Origin: an uncultured virus (IMG/VR IMGVR_UViG_3300029705_000096)
Taxonomy: Duplodnaviria; Heunggongvirae; Uroviricota; Caudoviricetes
DNA: 64,000 nt
Strand: one strand, 5' to 3'
IMG/VR virus record: IMGVR_UViG_3300029705_000096
The notes under the pieces are model-generated. The model saw only the letters and a program-made list of their open reading frames with translations. It was not told where the DNA came from and made no database searches. Each line of letters starts with the position of its first letter. Position 1 is the first letter of the stretch. The position numbers were made by a program, and so were the translations under genes. This document shows positions 29,030 through 38,032 of the stretch, piece after piece.

Positions 29030-29662
29030 ATGGAAGGAACAAATACCCCGAACGATATCGTTGAATTAGGAAAGAAAACACGGTTTCAAAGCGGCGAACA
29101 AGCGGCGGAAATGGGACGGCGTGGGGGCATTAAATCAGGCGAGGTAAAAAGGGCGAGAAGGACGGCAAGAGAGGCTGCTCAACGGCTTCTCGACATGGCT
29201 GCAACCGGCAAGATGAAGCAGAATCTCATCGAACTTGGGTATAAGGAAGATGACCCCGATGGGATTAAGAACATCGACGTCCTCGTGGCTCGTTTGATGG
29301 TTCAGGCCGCCGGAGGAAACCTTCAGGCGTCCGAGAGACTTACCAAGATCGCCGGCTACGATTATGAAGAAAACCGTGCCGAACGAGAAAGCATTAACGC
29401 AGATAACCGGAGGAACCAAGAAAGTTTGGCTCGTCTTCAGGCGATGGAAGCAGGGGTGATCGGAAGGCACTCCACTACCGTGTTGGATGGAGACGAAGAT
29501 GGTGCTGTCGAAGACGTCTTCATATATCTTCCTGACAACGGGCGGGACAAAGATCTTCAGAAGGTCGCCCCGAAAGATATGCAAGATGATTTTGATCTGG
29601 ATGATGATGGAATTCCTGAGCTTGAAGTCGAGGCAGTCGAACACGATGTCCCCGAAGAATAA
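29030..29662 (+). CDS. terS: Terminase small subunit (putative)
   Basis: RFQSGEQAAEMGRRGG N-terminus and IYLPDNGR; directly upstream of terL. Confidence 0.75.
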   Translation: MEGTNTPNDIVELGKKTRFQSGEQAAEMGRRGGIKSGEVKRARRTAREAAQRLLDMAATGKMKQNLIELGYKEDDPDGIKNIDVLVARLMVQAAGGNLQASERLTKIAGYDYEENRAERESINADNRRNQESLARLQAMEAGVIGRHSTTVLDGDEDGAVEDVFIYLPDNGRDKDLQKVAPKDMQDDFDLDDDGIPELEVEAVEHDVPEE

Positions 29663-29679
29663 GATCGGGGGTGATCGAA

Positions 29680-31080
29680 TTGGCTATCGTCCTGAAACCC
29701 CAGAAGGGTCCTCAAGAACGATTTCTTTAGCTTGCCTCATCTGCAGATATTGTAATCTACGGCGGAGCTGCTGGTGGCGGCAAAACCTACGGACTGTTAC
29801 TTACTCCCCTTCGTTATAAGAATGTTCGAGGTTTTGGCTTTACCGTCTTCCGTCAGAACTTCAATCAGATCTTTTCTGACGGTGGTCTTTGGGATACCTC
29901 ATCCAATATGTATAGCAGCATAAAAGGTGCTATTCCCAAATTTTCGAGAGGCAAGTGGATATTTACCGATAAAGACGGCCGACAGATGTCCAAGGTCACT
30001 TTTGCCCATATAGAGAAAGAGGATTCTCTAAAAAAATGGCAGGGCGCACAGTTGTGCGGAATAGGATTTGACGAGCTGACCCACTTTTCGGAGAAGACGT
30101 TTTTTTATATGCTGTCCCGAAATAGATCTACCTGTGGTGTCACACCATTTGTTAGAGCCACTTGCAATCCGGATGCAGACAGTTGGGTTGCGAAATTCAT
30201 TGCATGGTGGATAGATCAGGATACCGGATATGCCATTCCCGAGCGGAGCGGTGTTATCCGGTATTTTATTCGCCGCAATGAGGAGATCTATTGGGCAGAC
30301 ACAAAAGAGGAATTGTGGGAGCAATTTGATCTCACAACCCCAGAAGAAAAAGATGAACCTAAGTCATGTACCTTCATCAAATCAGAACTGACTGACAATC
30401 AGGAACTCCTTAGGGTGAATCCTGGTTATCTGGCGAACCTGAAAGCTATGTCTGAGGTTGATCGAGAGAGACTTCTGCACGGTAACTGGAAGATCAAAGC
30501 CGCAAGCGGATTGTTTTTCAAACGGTCTCAGGTTGAGGTCATTGACGTTGTACCGAAAGACATCCAAGCCCTTTGCAGAGCATGGGATATTGCAGCGACA
30601 GCAGAAAAAGGAACAGGAGACCCCGACTACACATCTGGTGTTCTCATGGGTATCAGGAAAGACAAGACGGTTGTTGTTCTGGATGTTATCAACCAAAGAA
30701 TAAAAGCGGCCGATGTCAAAAACCTCATATACAACACAGCCGTATCCGATCGAGCAAAATACGGAAATAAATGTCGTGTTCGGCTTCCTCAAGATCCGGG
30801 TGCCGCAGGAAAGATCGTAGCATCTACCTATGTGAAAATGCTTGCTGGCTTCTCTGCTAAAGCCGTCCCCGTTTCGGGCAGCAAGCAGCTTCGTGCAACA
30901 CCATTTGCAGCTCATTGGCAAAGTGGAAACGTTCAGGTGTTGGCAGCATCTTGGAACGACGCTTACTTCACTCAGCTTGAATCGTTCCCTGAGTCGAAAC
31001 ACGACGATATGGTTGATGCAAGTGCGGATTCTTTCAATGACTTAACATCGTCCAGCTTCAATGTAGGAAATCTACTGTAA
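29680..31080 (+). CDS. terL: Terminase large subunit with an in-frame TAG at 29728-29730
   Basis: From TTG 29680 it reads MAIVLKPQKGPQERFL*LASSADIVIYGGAAGGGKT, in frame with ORF 29908-31080 (FDELTHF, RATCNP, HDDMVDA). Confidence 0.9.
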
Positions 31081-31151
31081 ATAAATGTACCGTTCGGCAG
31101 CCACCCGTTGGATGCTGAACTCAGAATTACCAGAAAGAGGTGGCAGGAGAT

Positions 31152-34100
31152 ATGGGTGCATCGAATAACCAATCAGATCGCATCAGAGCATATGCGAAGC
31201 TGATTGAGGCACAGACAGGAAGAGCTGTCAGACCATTTCGCAAGGATGGGTATGTAAATCTCCTTAACCGATATGGGACTGCCAAAGATTCGGCTGAACA
31301 GTACCGTTTTGTTGCCGAGCCGATGATACCCGATGACATGCTAACGATGCATTACGAGGGCAACGGCCTGTTTGCCAAGATCATAGACGCTCCCGCTGAA
31401 GAAGCCGTCAAACACGGATTCAAGCTGGCAGATATTTCAGACGAGCAAACCGAAGCGTTCTACCAAGAAGCTCTGGACGAGCTTGATTGGGAAGAAGTCT
31501 TTATGACTGGTATCAAGTGGGCAAGACTCTTCGGCGGTGCAATAGGCGTTATGCTTATCAATGACGGAGGAGCACTTGAAGATCCTCTGAATTGGAAGAA
31601 CATCAAGTCAATTGATGACATTCGCATCTACGACAGATCTGTTATCCAACCGGATTATCAGAGCATGTACACATATAACAGGGAAGACCCCTTCCGAACA
31701 AGAGGAAGCAGACTTGGAACTCCCGAAAGATACTTTGTCAGCAGTAAGTACGGAAACTTCGTCGTCCACGAGAGTCGCTGCCTGCTATTCCAGAACGGTA
31801 TCCTCCCGGAAAACTGTACGAATTCGATCTATCAGTTTTGGGGAATTCCCGAATATGTTCGTCTCCATAGAGCGTTACGGGATGCCGAGATAGCCCATGG
31901 AACAGCCCCCAAGATGCTGGATAGATCCGTACAGGCTGTTTACAAAATGAAAGACCTTTCTGCTGAATTGGCAACCGAAGAAGGCGAAGGAAAGGTTCTT
32001 CGAAGACTGCAAACCATAGATATGGCTCGTGGTCTTCTGAACAGCATAACGATTGATAGCGAGGGCGAAGACTATGACTTCCGCACATTCCAGTTTAGCG
32101 GCGTGTCTGATGTCATAGATGCAACGTGTAATTTCTTGTCAGCACTCTCGAACATTCCTCAAACTATTTTGTTTGGAAGATCACCTGCAGGAATGAACGC
32201 AACTGGCGAAAGCGATCTGGAGAATTGGTATAACTTTGTTGACAGAATTCGTGCAAAGAACATCCGAAGCAACCTTCGTTACTTGCTTTCTGTAATCTTC
32301 CAAGCTGGTGTTTCGACTGGTGAAATTAACGAAGTTCCCAAGATCAAGATCGAATTCAATCCGCTGTGGTCTTTGAGCGATGTAGAACAAGCTGATCTCG
32401 ACAACAAACGGGCAAACACCGAGTTGGTGAAGGCACAAACCGCACAAGCATACATCGACATGCAGGTCTACGATCCAAGCGAGATCAGAAAGAAGCTTGC
32501 CCAAGCAAATGACTTCGAAATCGATGATGTAATTAGCGAAGAGGATCTGGAAGAAGATTTCTTTGCTTCTTTGGAAGAAACGGCTGAACCTACAACTAGG
32601 TTGGCTGCAAACCCCGACGCTGTCCACGAGACAAAGACAGCGGCTGAAGGTAGTACGCCTACGAATGCGCCGGCAGCAACGAAGCTTCCTCAGGATATGA
32701 CGGCGCAGGAAATCGGAGAGGTAGCAAAGAACACCGATGAAGATGATGCAGTGTGGAATCCTTTTGGCGTTGGCGTTCTTGTAATAAAGGATGGAAAAAT
32801 TCTTACTGGAACGAGGCACAATGACTCCGGATATGGACTCATCGGAGGCCCCGGTGGTCATGGAGAAGAAGGTGAAAGCCCTGAAGAGGCAGCTTTTCGT
32901 GAAACCGAGGAAGAATTCGGTATCAGCGCAAAAGAACTGATCCCCATTGGATTAGGCCCTTTTGAACCCGAAAGTGGGCTGCAATCTCATCTTTTCATCT
33001 GCACAGAATATGACGGTGAACCCGACTGTGTTGATATGGAGATGGTCAATCCCAAATTCCGCACCTTGGAAGAATTGGAACAGCTGGATGCGTCCCTGTT
33101 CCCACCGTTCAAGGACAGCTTAGAGATCCTGAAAAGGGAACTCTGTGGAAAACGGGATGACGGTGGCCCCGGCTCCGGTAACTGGGGACATGCTGGTAGA
33201 CCCGGTAAAAAGGGTGGCTCTTCAGGAGGTGGCGGTGCACATAACCGCATGGGATCTTCTGAGGAAGGATATACTTCCTTCTCCAAGGAAAAAAAGAAGA
33301 TGGCAAAGCCGCACAAGCTCTCTCACGAAGAACTTTCCAAGTGTCCCAATGGTACTGTCATCGCTGGCATGGCTGGTCACTACAAAAAAGCCAAGATTGA
33401 AGTTTGGAACAACGAGACGTTCGACTATGAATTTAAGGAAGGCTTCGTCAGCGATGACTGGGGAGATTTCCTTGAAATCGATCAGGTAATTTCTGCTGCC
33501 GGTAACGATTCCTATGGTCTCGCAATTCCCGACAGCGCCAACAAGAACTACCTCAAACCGAAGGGAGATCCTTTCTCTGACGAACGGAGAACCAACGCAT
33601 TCAAGGCATCTGAAGCTCGTGATGCTGATGACCTGCTCAGAGAGAAAAGTGGACATATTTGGCGAGGACTGGATGATGCATCCAAAGATGCCCTCGTTGG
33701 ATACACGGGCGAAACATACTTTGATATAAACAGCGGCTTACGAAATGGCTATAATGTATCAGACAGCATCCGGAAAGACACGGAACTCTTGACAAATGCA
33801 ATTTCTCAATCTGTTCTGGATAGAGACATGTATCTGTTCCGTGGCACTAGCAGCAGCGCGGCAGAGAAACTTTTCGGCTTAAAATCTGGCGATCTCGCTA
33901 CTTGGAGCGGTCAGATCGAAGATCTGAGCACATTGGTCGGAACACGAGGTATCGACAACGGCTTTTTGTCCTGCGGAACGTCTGAAGGCAAAGGATTCAC
34001 CAGCCGAGATGTCCAGTTGAAGATATACTGTCCTGCCGGAACACAGGCACTTTACGCCGAACCCTTCTCTGCATTCGGACGTGGCGATCAGCGAAGCTGG

Positions 34101-34775
34101 GATGGTATCAGCAAGCAGAATTCCTTCTCTTCTGAAAACGAAACAATCCTTCAAAGAGGATGTGAGCTGCGTATTGTTGGTGCGGAATGGTCTGGAAACA
34201 AGGCTATTCTGGAAGTTGAAGTGCTATCCCAGATGAATAATACCATCAAATCAGATGGAGATGACCTAGATGGCTTCTCAAAATCATCGAATCCTGATAA
34301 TCTCGAAAAACATCTTGACTTTTACGGTCAATCAGCTACGATAAAGTCACAAGATAACTTCGATGGCGGCTCCGGCTCCGGAAACCATGGACACAGAGGT
34401 GTTAAGGGTCAACGGGGAGGATCTGCAGCAAAGTCCTCCCATCCCAAAGTCACAAAGTTCACAACCCAGAATGGGAGAATGAAGATTACTTCAGATCTTA
34501 AAGTCAAAGCGAGTAAATCTGGGAAAGTATCTGTTACGATAAAAGCGGGACAGGAAATCGAAGGGATTTATTCTTTTGCTGGGAAGGGGTCGAATGCAAA
34601 TCTTGTGGTATCCGGCACACTGTCCAAACAATATGGAGGCAAACCGAAAGACTGGTCCCACTTGTGTGGTTATGCAACCGTTGTCAATTCAAACGGAAGC
34701 CAAGAACGGGCGGAGATCCACTGGTTTGAGCATGAAACGGTAGGCCAGATAAATTTCAAAGTTAAAAAAAGGTAG
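31152..34775 (+). CDS. Portal protein (DUF1073-type) fused to Nudix, ADP-ribosyltransferase and C-terminal toxin-like domains
   Basis: Portal motifs (WARLFGG, IPQTILFGRSPAGMNATGESDLENWY); Nudix box GGHGEEGESPEEAAFRETEEEFG; ART R-S-ExE (LFRG, FLSCG, ENETIL). Confidence 0.9.
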   Translation: MGASNNQSDRIRAYAKLIEAQTGRAVRPFRKDGYVNLLNRYGTAKDSAEQYRFVAEPMIPDDMLTMHYEGNGLFAKIIDAPAEEAVKHGFKLADISDEQTEAFYQEALDELDWEEVFMTGIKWARLFGGAIGVMLINDGGALEDPLNWKNIKSIDDIRIYDRSVIQPDYQSMYTYNREDPFRTRGSRLGTPERYFVSSKYGNFVVHESRCLLFQNGILPENCTNSIYQFWGIPEYVRLHRALRDAEIAHGTAPKMLDRSVQAVYKMKDLSAELATEEGEGKVLRRLQTIDMARGLLNSITIDSEGEDYDFRTFQFSGVSDVIDATCNFLSALSNIPQTILFGRSPAGMNATGESDLENWYNFVDRIRAKNIRSNLRYLLSVIFQAGVSTGEINEVPKIKIEFNPLWSLSDVEQADLDNKRANTELVKAQTAQAYIDMQVYDPSEIRKKLAQANDFEIDDVISEEDLEEDFFASLEETAEPTTRLAANPDAVHETKTAAEGSTPTNAPAATKLPQDMTAQEIGEVAKNTDEDDAVWNPFGVGVLVIKDGKILTGTRHNDSGYGLIGGPGGHGEEGESPEEAAFRETEEEFGISAKELIPIGLGPFEPESGLQSHLFICTEYDGEPDCVDMEMVNPKFRTLEELEQLDASLFPPFKDSLEILKRELCGKRDDGGPGSGNWGHAGRPGKKGGSSGGGGAHNRMGSSEEGYTSFSKEKKKMAKPHKLSHEELSKCPNGTVIAGMAGHYKKAKIEVWNNETFDYEFKEGFVSDDWGDFLEIDQVISAAGNDSYGLAIPDSANKNYLKPKGDPFSDERRTNAFKASEARDADDLLREKSGHIWRGLDDASKDALVGYTGETYFDINSGLRNGYNVSDSIRKDTELLTNAISQSVLDRDMYLFRGTSSSAAEKLFGLKSGDLATWSGQIEDLSTLVGTRGIDNGFLSCGTSEGKGFTSRDVQLKIYCPAGTQALYAEPFSAFGRGDQRSWDGISKQNSFSSENETILQRGCELRIVGAEWSGNKAILEVEVLSQMNNTIKSDGDDLDGFSKSSNPDNLEKHLDFYGQSATIKSQDNFDGGSGSGNHGHRGVKGQRGGSAAKSSHPKVTKFTTQNGRMKITSDLKVKASKSGKVSVTIKAGQEIEGIYSFAGKGSNANLVVSGTLSKQYGGKPKDWSHLCGYATVVNSNGSQERAEIHWFEHETVGQINFKVKKR
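34315..34342 (+). promoter_or_regulatory. TTGACT-N16-TACGAT promoter inside the portal fusion ORF
   Basis: Exact motif in an inter-domain linker; shares downstream AAAGTCA with the 34986 copy. Confidence 0.6.
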
Positions 34776-34784
34776 GGGATTTCG

Positions 34785-34943
34785 ATGACAGGAATTTGGA
34801 GAGGCGATACTGATCCTCTGGAGCTTATCCATGGGAAAGAGTACGAAATTATCGGAGAAGGTTTCGACGGTACATTTTTCGAAGTGGTTGACGAAACGGG
34901 GGAGGCATTCTTGTATCCTGCGGAAGATTTCGAAATCGTTTAA
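34785..34943 (+). CDS. Small acidic protein (52 aa), candidate immunity/antitoxin
   Basis: MTGIWRGDTDPLELIHGKEYEII…VVDETGEAFLYPAEDFEIV; below the ORF-track size cutoff; directly follows the fusion. Confidence 0.65.
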   Translation: MTGIWRGDTDPLELIHGKEYEIIGEGFDGTFFEVVDETGEAFLYPAEDFEIV

Positions 34944-34985
34944 TAGCGGTTCTTGAAATAATTTCTAGGCATATAGAAAAACCAC

Positions 34986-35013
34986 TTGACTAGGTCGGTA
35001 GGTAAGTTACGAT
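34986..35013 (+). promoter_or_regulatory. TTGACT-N16-TACGAT promoter
   Basis: Exact motif; spacer nearly identical to the 17856 copy. Confidence 0.75.
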
Positions 35014-35051
35014 AAAGTCAAGATGATACTACCGAGCAAGGAGGGGTTAAA

Positions 35052-35282
35052 ATGGCAAGATGGGACAATGAAGAGTTTGCGCTCCAGCGCCCTGATGAAA
35101 ACCGGATTATCTGCAAGGATTGTGTGTTTAGAGAAAAAGATCGTCAGTTTGGCAAGAGTGTTATCTGCGGATGCACACTTGACATCTGTCAAGTTTATTC
35201 GAACAGCAATCCGAAGCCGCACGATATTCTTTTCAAGAACAAACCCTGTGGGTATTATGTGAGCGAGAATGATGAAGACTAA
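35052..35282 (+). CDS. Small Cys-containing protein
   Basis: CKDC…C…C…KP…C; strong RBS. Confidence 0.65.
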   Translation: MARWDNEEFALQRPDENRIICKDCVFREKDRQFGKSVICGCTLDICQVYSNSNPKPHDILFKNKPCGYYVSENDED

Positions 35283-35312
35283 GATCAGAAGCAGAGTAAA
35301 GGAAAAGGAACT

Positions 35313-36104
35313 ATGATTGGTGCAATTGTAGGAGATATTGTAGGCTCCATTTATGAATTCGATAATCACAGAGGCAAGGAGTTTCCTTTGTTCGGAAAAG
35401 GATGCTTCGCAACAGATGACAGCATTATGACTTTGGCGATTGCCAAGGCGGTTATGCTCAGTAAGCCGGATCACAGTGATCTTGGCAGAAATGCCGTCAA
35501 GCACATGCGAGAAGTTGGTCAGCCGTACCCATCTTGCGGGTATGGAGGCCGGTTTTTTCAGTGGATGTACAGCGACAATCCAGCCCCGTACAACAGCTTC
35601 GGAAACGGGGCCGCCATGAGAGTTAGTCCTGTTGCATACGAAGCGAAGTCGTTGGAAGATGTGAAGCTGATGTCTCGGCTTGTGACTGAGGTAACTCACA
35701 ATCATCCCGAAGGGATTAAAGGCGCAGAGGCTGTAGCGGTGGCCACATGGCTTGCGCTTCATGATTTCGATAAAAGCGAAATCGATCATTATATCCGGGA
35801 GAACTACTATCCGATGGATTTCACGATTGATGAGATCCGTCCGACATATCGGTTCAATGAAACCTGTCAGGATACTGTCCCCCAAGCGATCAAGGCATTT
35901 TTGGAGTCCGAAAACTTCGAGGATGCGATCCGGATTGCGATTTCTGTTGGCGGTGACAGCGACACTTTAGCGTCTATTACTGGAGCAATAGCCGGTGCGT
36001 ACTACGGTGTGCCCTCGGCAATCAAAATTCAAGCAAATCGGTATCTCGATGATCGGCTTTCTGTGATTTTAAGGGATTTTTGTTTGCGTTACGGCGCAGC
36101 ATGA
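35313..36104 (+). CDS. ADP-ribosylglycohydrolase (DraG/ARH family)
   Basis: GAIVGDIVGS…TDDS…GNGAAMRVSP…THNHP…GGDSDT. Confidence 0.96.
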   Translation: MIGAIVGDIVGSIYEFDNHRGKEFPLFGKGCFATDDSIMTLAIAKAVMLSKPDHSDLGRNAVKHMREVGQPYPSCGYGGRFFQWMYSDNPAPYNSFGNGAAMRVSPVAYEAKSLEDVKLMSRLVTEVTHNHPEGIKGAEAVAVATWLALHDFDKSEIDHYIRENYYPMDFTIDEIRPTYRFNETCQDTVPQAIKAFLESENFEDAIRIAISVGGDSDTLASITGAIAGAYYGVPSAIKIQANRYLDDRLSVILRDFCLRYGAA

Positions 36105-36108
36105 TAAT

Positions 36109-36139
36109 GAAGCGGGTTGGCATTTGCCGACCCGCTTTT
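36109..36139 (+). terminator. Rho-independent terminator
   Basis: AAGCGGGTTGGC-attt-GCCGACCCGCTT plus T-tract. Confidence 0.85.
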
Positions 36140-36162
36140 ATAAGGACAATTTCAATGAATAA

Positions 36163-36237
36163 GTCGTGGTAGATCAGAAGGTAGATCACCGGGAAGGCAT
36201 AGCCCGACAGTCGCAGGTTCAAGTCCTGCCCACGGCA
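36163..36237 (+). tRNA. Atypical tRNA (CAT within an enlarged 9-nt loop)
   Basis: Acceptor GTCGTGG/CCACGGC and T-arm GCAGG-TTCAAGT-CCTGC; anticodon arm irregular. Confidence 0.6.
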
Positions 36238-36340
36238 CAACTCCCGGAAGCGGGGCTATTTTCTACTCCTTTGTAACTTGACGGCTCGGAAAAGACGAGA
36301 AGTGCTGTGTAGCGTGGTTGAGCTACACAGTGCGCCTTAT

Positions 36341-36425
36341 GGGGCAGTGGCGAAATGAAAACGCTGGGGACGATTTCCTCTAGTGCTGTTGCACCTTGTT
36401 GGTTCAAATCCAACCTGCCCCACCA
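36341..36425 (+). tRNA. Atypical tRNA with long variable arm; identity undetermined
   Basis: Acceptor GGGGCAG/CTGCCCC-A-CCA and T-arm GTTGG-TTCAAAT-CCAAC; non-canonical anticodon loop (ACGATTT). Confidence 0.6.
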
Positions 36426-36525
36426 CCCACGAAAGTGGGATCTTCCTCTCTTTTTCTTGTTTTGACAGCTCGGAATAGACGGCAATGCCCTGTAGAATTC
36501 ATTCGCCTCTGCAGGGCAAACATAC

Positions 36526-36601
36526 GCTGCTATAGCTCAGTCGGTAGAGCAGCTGATTTGTAATCAGCAGGTCGTCGGTTCGAGTCCGACTAGCAGCTCC
36601 A
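36526..36601 (+). tRNA. tRNA-Thr(TGT)
   Basis: Cloverleaf; GCTGA-TTTGTAA-TCAGC; CCA end. Confidence 0.95.
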
Positions 36602-36704
36602 CTGTGGTGTGGTGAACCACAGAGGCTTTCATTTCTCATTCTTCTGGCAGCTCGGAAAGACGAGCAGTGCTGGACGATCCTCCTATTCGCCCAGCACATC
36701 ATAT

Positions 36705-36778
36705 GCCGCAGTAGTTCAATGGCAGAACACCAGCCTTCCAAGCTGGTTGCGCGGGTTCGATTCCCGTTTGCGGCTCCA
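36705..36778 (+). tRNA. tRNA-Gly(TCC)
   Basis: CCAGC-CTTCCAA-GCTGG; CCA end. Confidence 0.95.
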
Positions 36779-37003
36779 AATCCGAGGTGTACATGGGCCG
36801 TTGCCGACATAAGGCAGCGCAAGCCGGTTGCCGCGCTACACGATAGGAGAAAACAGCTGGGTCGCTCCCATCCGACAGCCGGACGGAATACAGACCGATA
36901 GTACTGTGACACGACGGACAGCGACGCCGAACAGGCCAGAACGAGAGGCCGGCAGACACGCCGCCAGCTGACTTAGAGAGCAGAAAAGATGCGTGTCCGA
37001 TAT

Positions 37004-37078
37004 AGGGGTGTCGCCAAGAGGAAAGGCACGGGACTTTGACTCCCGTATTCGCAGGTTCGATCCCTGCCATCCCTGCCA
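37004..37078 (+). tRNA. tRNA-Gln(TTG)
   Basis: CGGGA-CTTTGAC-TCCCG; CCA end. Confidence 0.93.
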
Positions 37079-37191
37079 AGGACATATATGTCCTTACCAA
37101 GAGCCGAAAACAACCTGCTTGCGCGACAACGACTGCGTACCACGCGGGAACAGTGTAAGCGGGTTCTTTCGGTAATTGCCAACATTGAAAT

Positions 37192-37279
37192 GGGAGCTTC
37201 GCCAAGCGGTGAAGGCATCGGTCTTGAAAACCGACAGGGCAGTAATGTCGCATGGGTTCGAATCCCTTAGCTCCCGCCA
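37192..37279 (+). tRNA. tRNA-Ser(TGA)
   Basis: TCGGT-CTTGAAA-ACCGA; long variable arm; CCA end. Confidence 0.9.
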
Positions 37280-37304
37280 AAACCAACAGTGATGAAGATT
37301 TGAC

Positions 37305-37387
37305 CTCCGCATGAAGGAATGGTAGACTAACTTGTCTCAAAAACAAGTGCCATCGGCGTCCCGGTTCGAGTCCGGGTGCGGAGACCA
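37305..37387 (+). tRNA. tRNA-Leu(CAA)
   Basis: CTTGT-CTCAAAA-ACAAG; long variable arm; CCA end. Confidence 0.88.
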
Positions 37388-37546
37388 GCCGGTATGCTTC
37401 ATCTAGACATAGTGTTGGGCGACTGTGACCCGGACTCTCGGAGTCCTCCTTCCAAAGAAAATCGCAGTCTGATCTTAAAGTGAGGCCGCTTACCCTTGTG
37501 GTGGAAAAGTAGCGGGAAAGAACAGAGGCGGGGCTGTTCATTTCGT

Positions 37547-37623
37547 GGGCCTTTAGCTCAGCGGGTCAGAGCCTCCGGCTCATAACCGGATCGTCCACGG
37601 TTCGAATCCGTGAAGGCCCACCA
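37547..37623 (+). tRNA. tRNA with CAT anticodon (probably Ile2, otherwise Met)
   Basis: TCCGG-CTCATAA-CCGGA; GGGCCTT acceptor typical of Ile2; CCA end. Confidence 0.92.
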
Positions 37624-38032
37624 TAAATGCAAGCGATGGATAGATCCGCCAAACACTAGGATCACCAGAGGTCGAGACTCTGGGCTTGCTCATGGCCGCG
37701 AGGCTTCTTCCTTTTGTTGTGCATAACGGAGGAAGATAAAGAATACCATCTGGACCCGGATTGAGTGAAACGGATGCGACTTTTGCACGAGCGCAGGGCT
37801 GAAAAGTTCCGTGGCAAAAACAGGAATGCAAATAGTGGTAAGGATGAGGTGAGGTGCCCGTATAGGAGAGGCAACGCCGACCAACCATTAGGTGTCGAGG
37901 CGTTGGGTAGTTCTGAAGGCTATTTGCATTCTTGTTATTGCTGTGAAAAATCCATTCGCATAGTGGCAAATAATGCCGCTATGCTTTTTTGTTGTCCTAC
38001 AAACGCCCCAAGCAGCAGGGAGGAGATAATCC

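Noticed and set aside
29728..29730. Genome-wide TAG recoding (genetic code 15) with a suppressor tRNA
   Set aside because: Other genes are uninterrupted and several end in TAG; no tRNA with a CUA anticodon was found.
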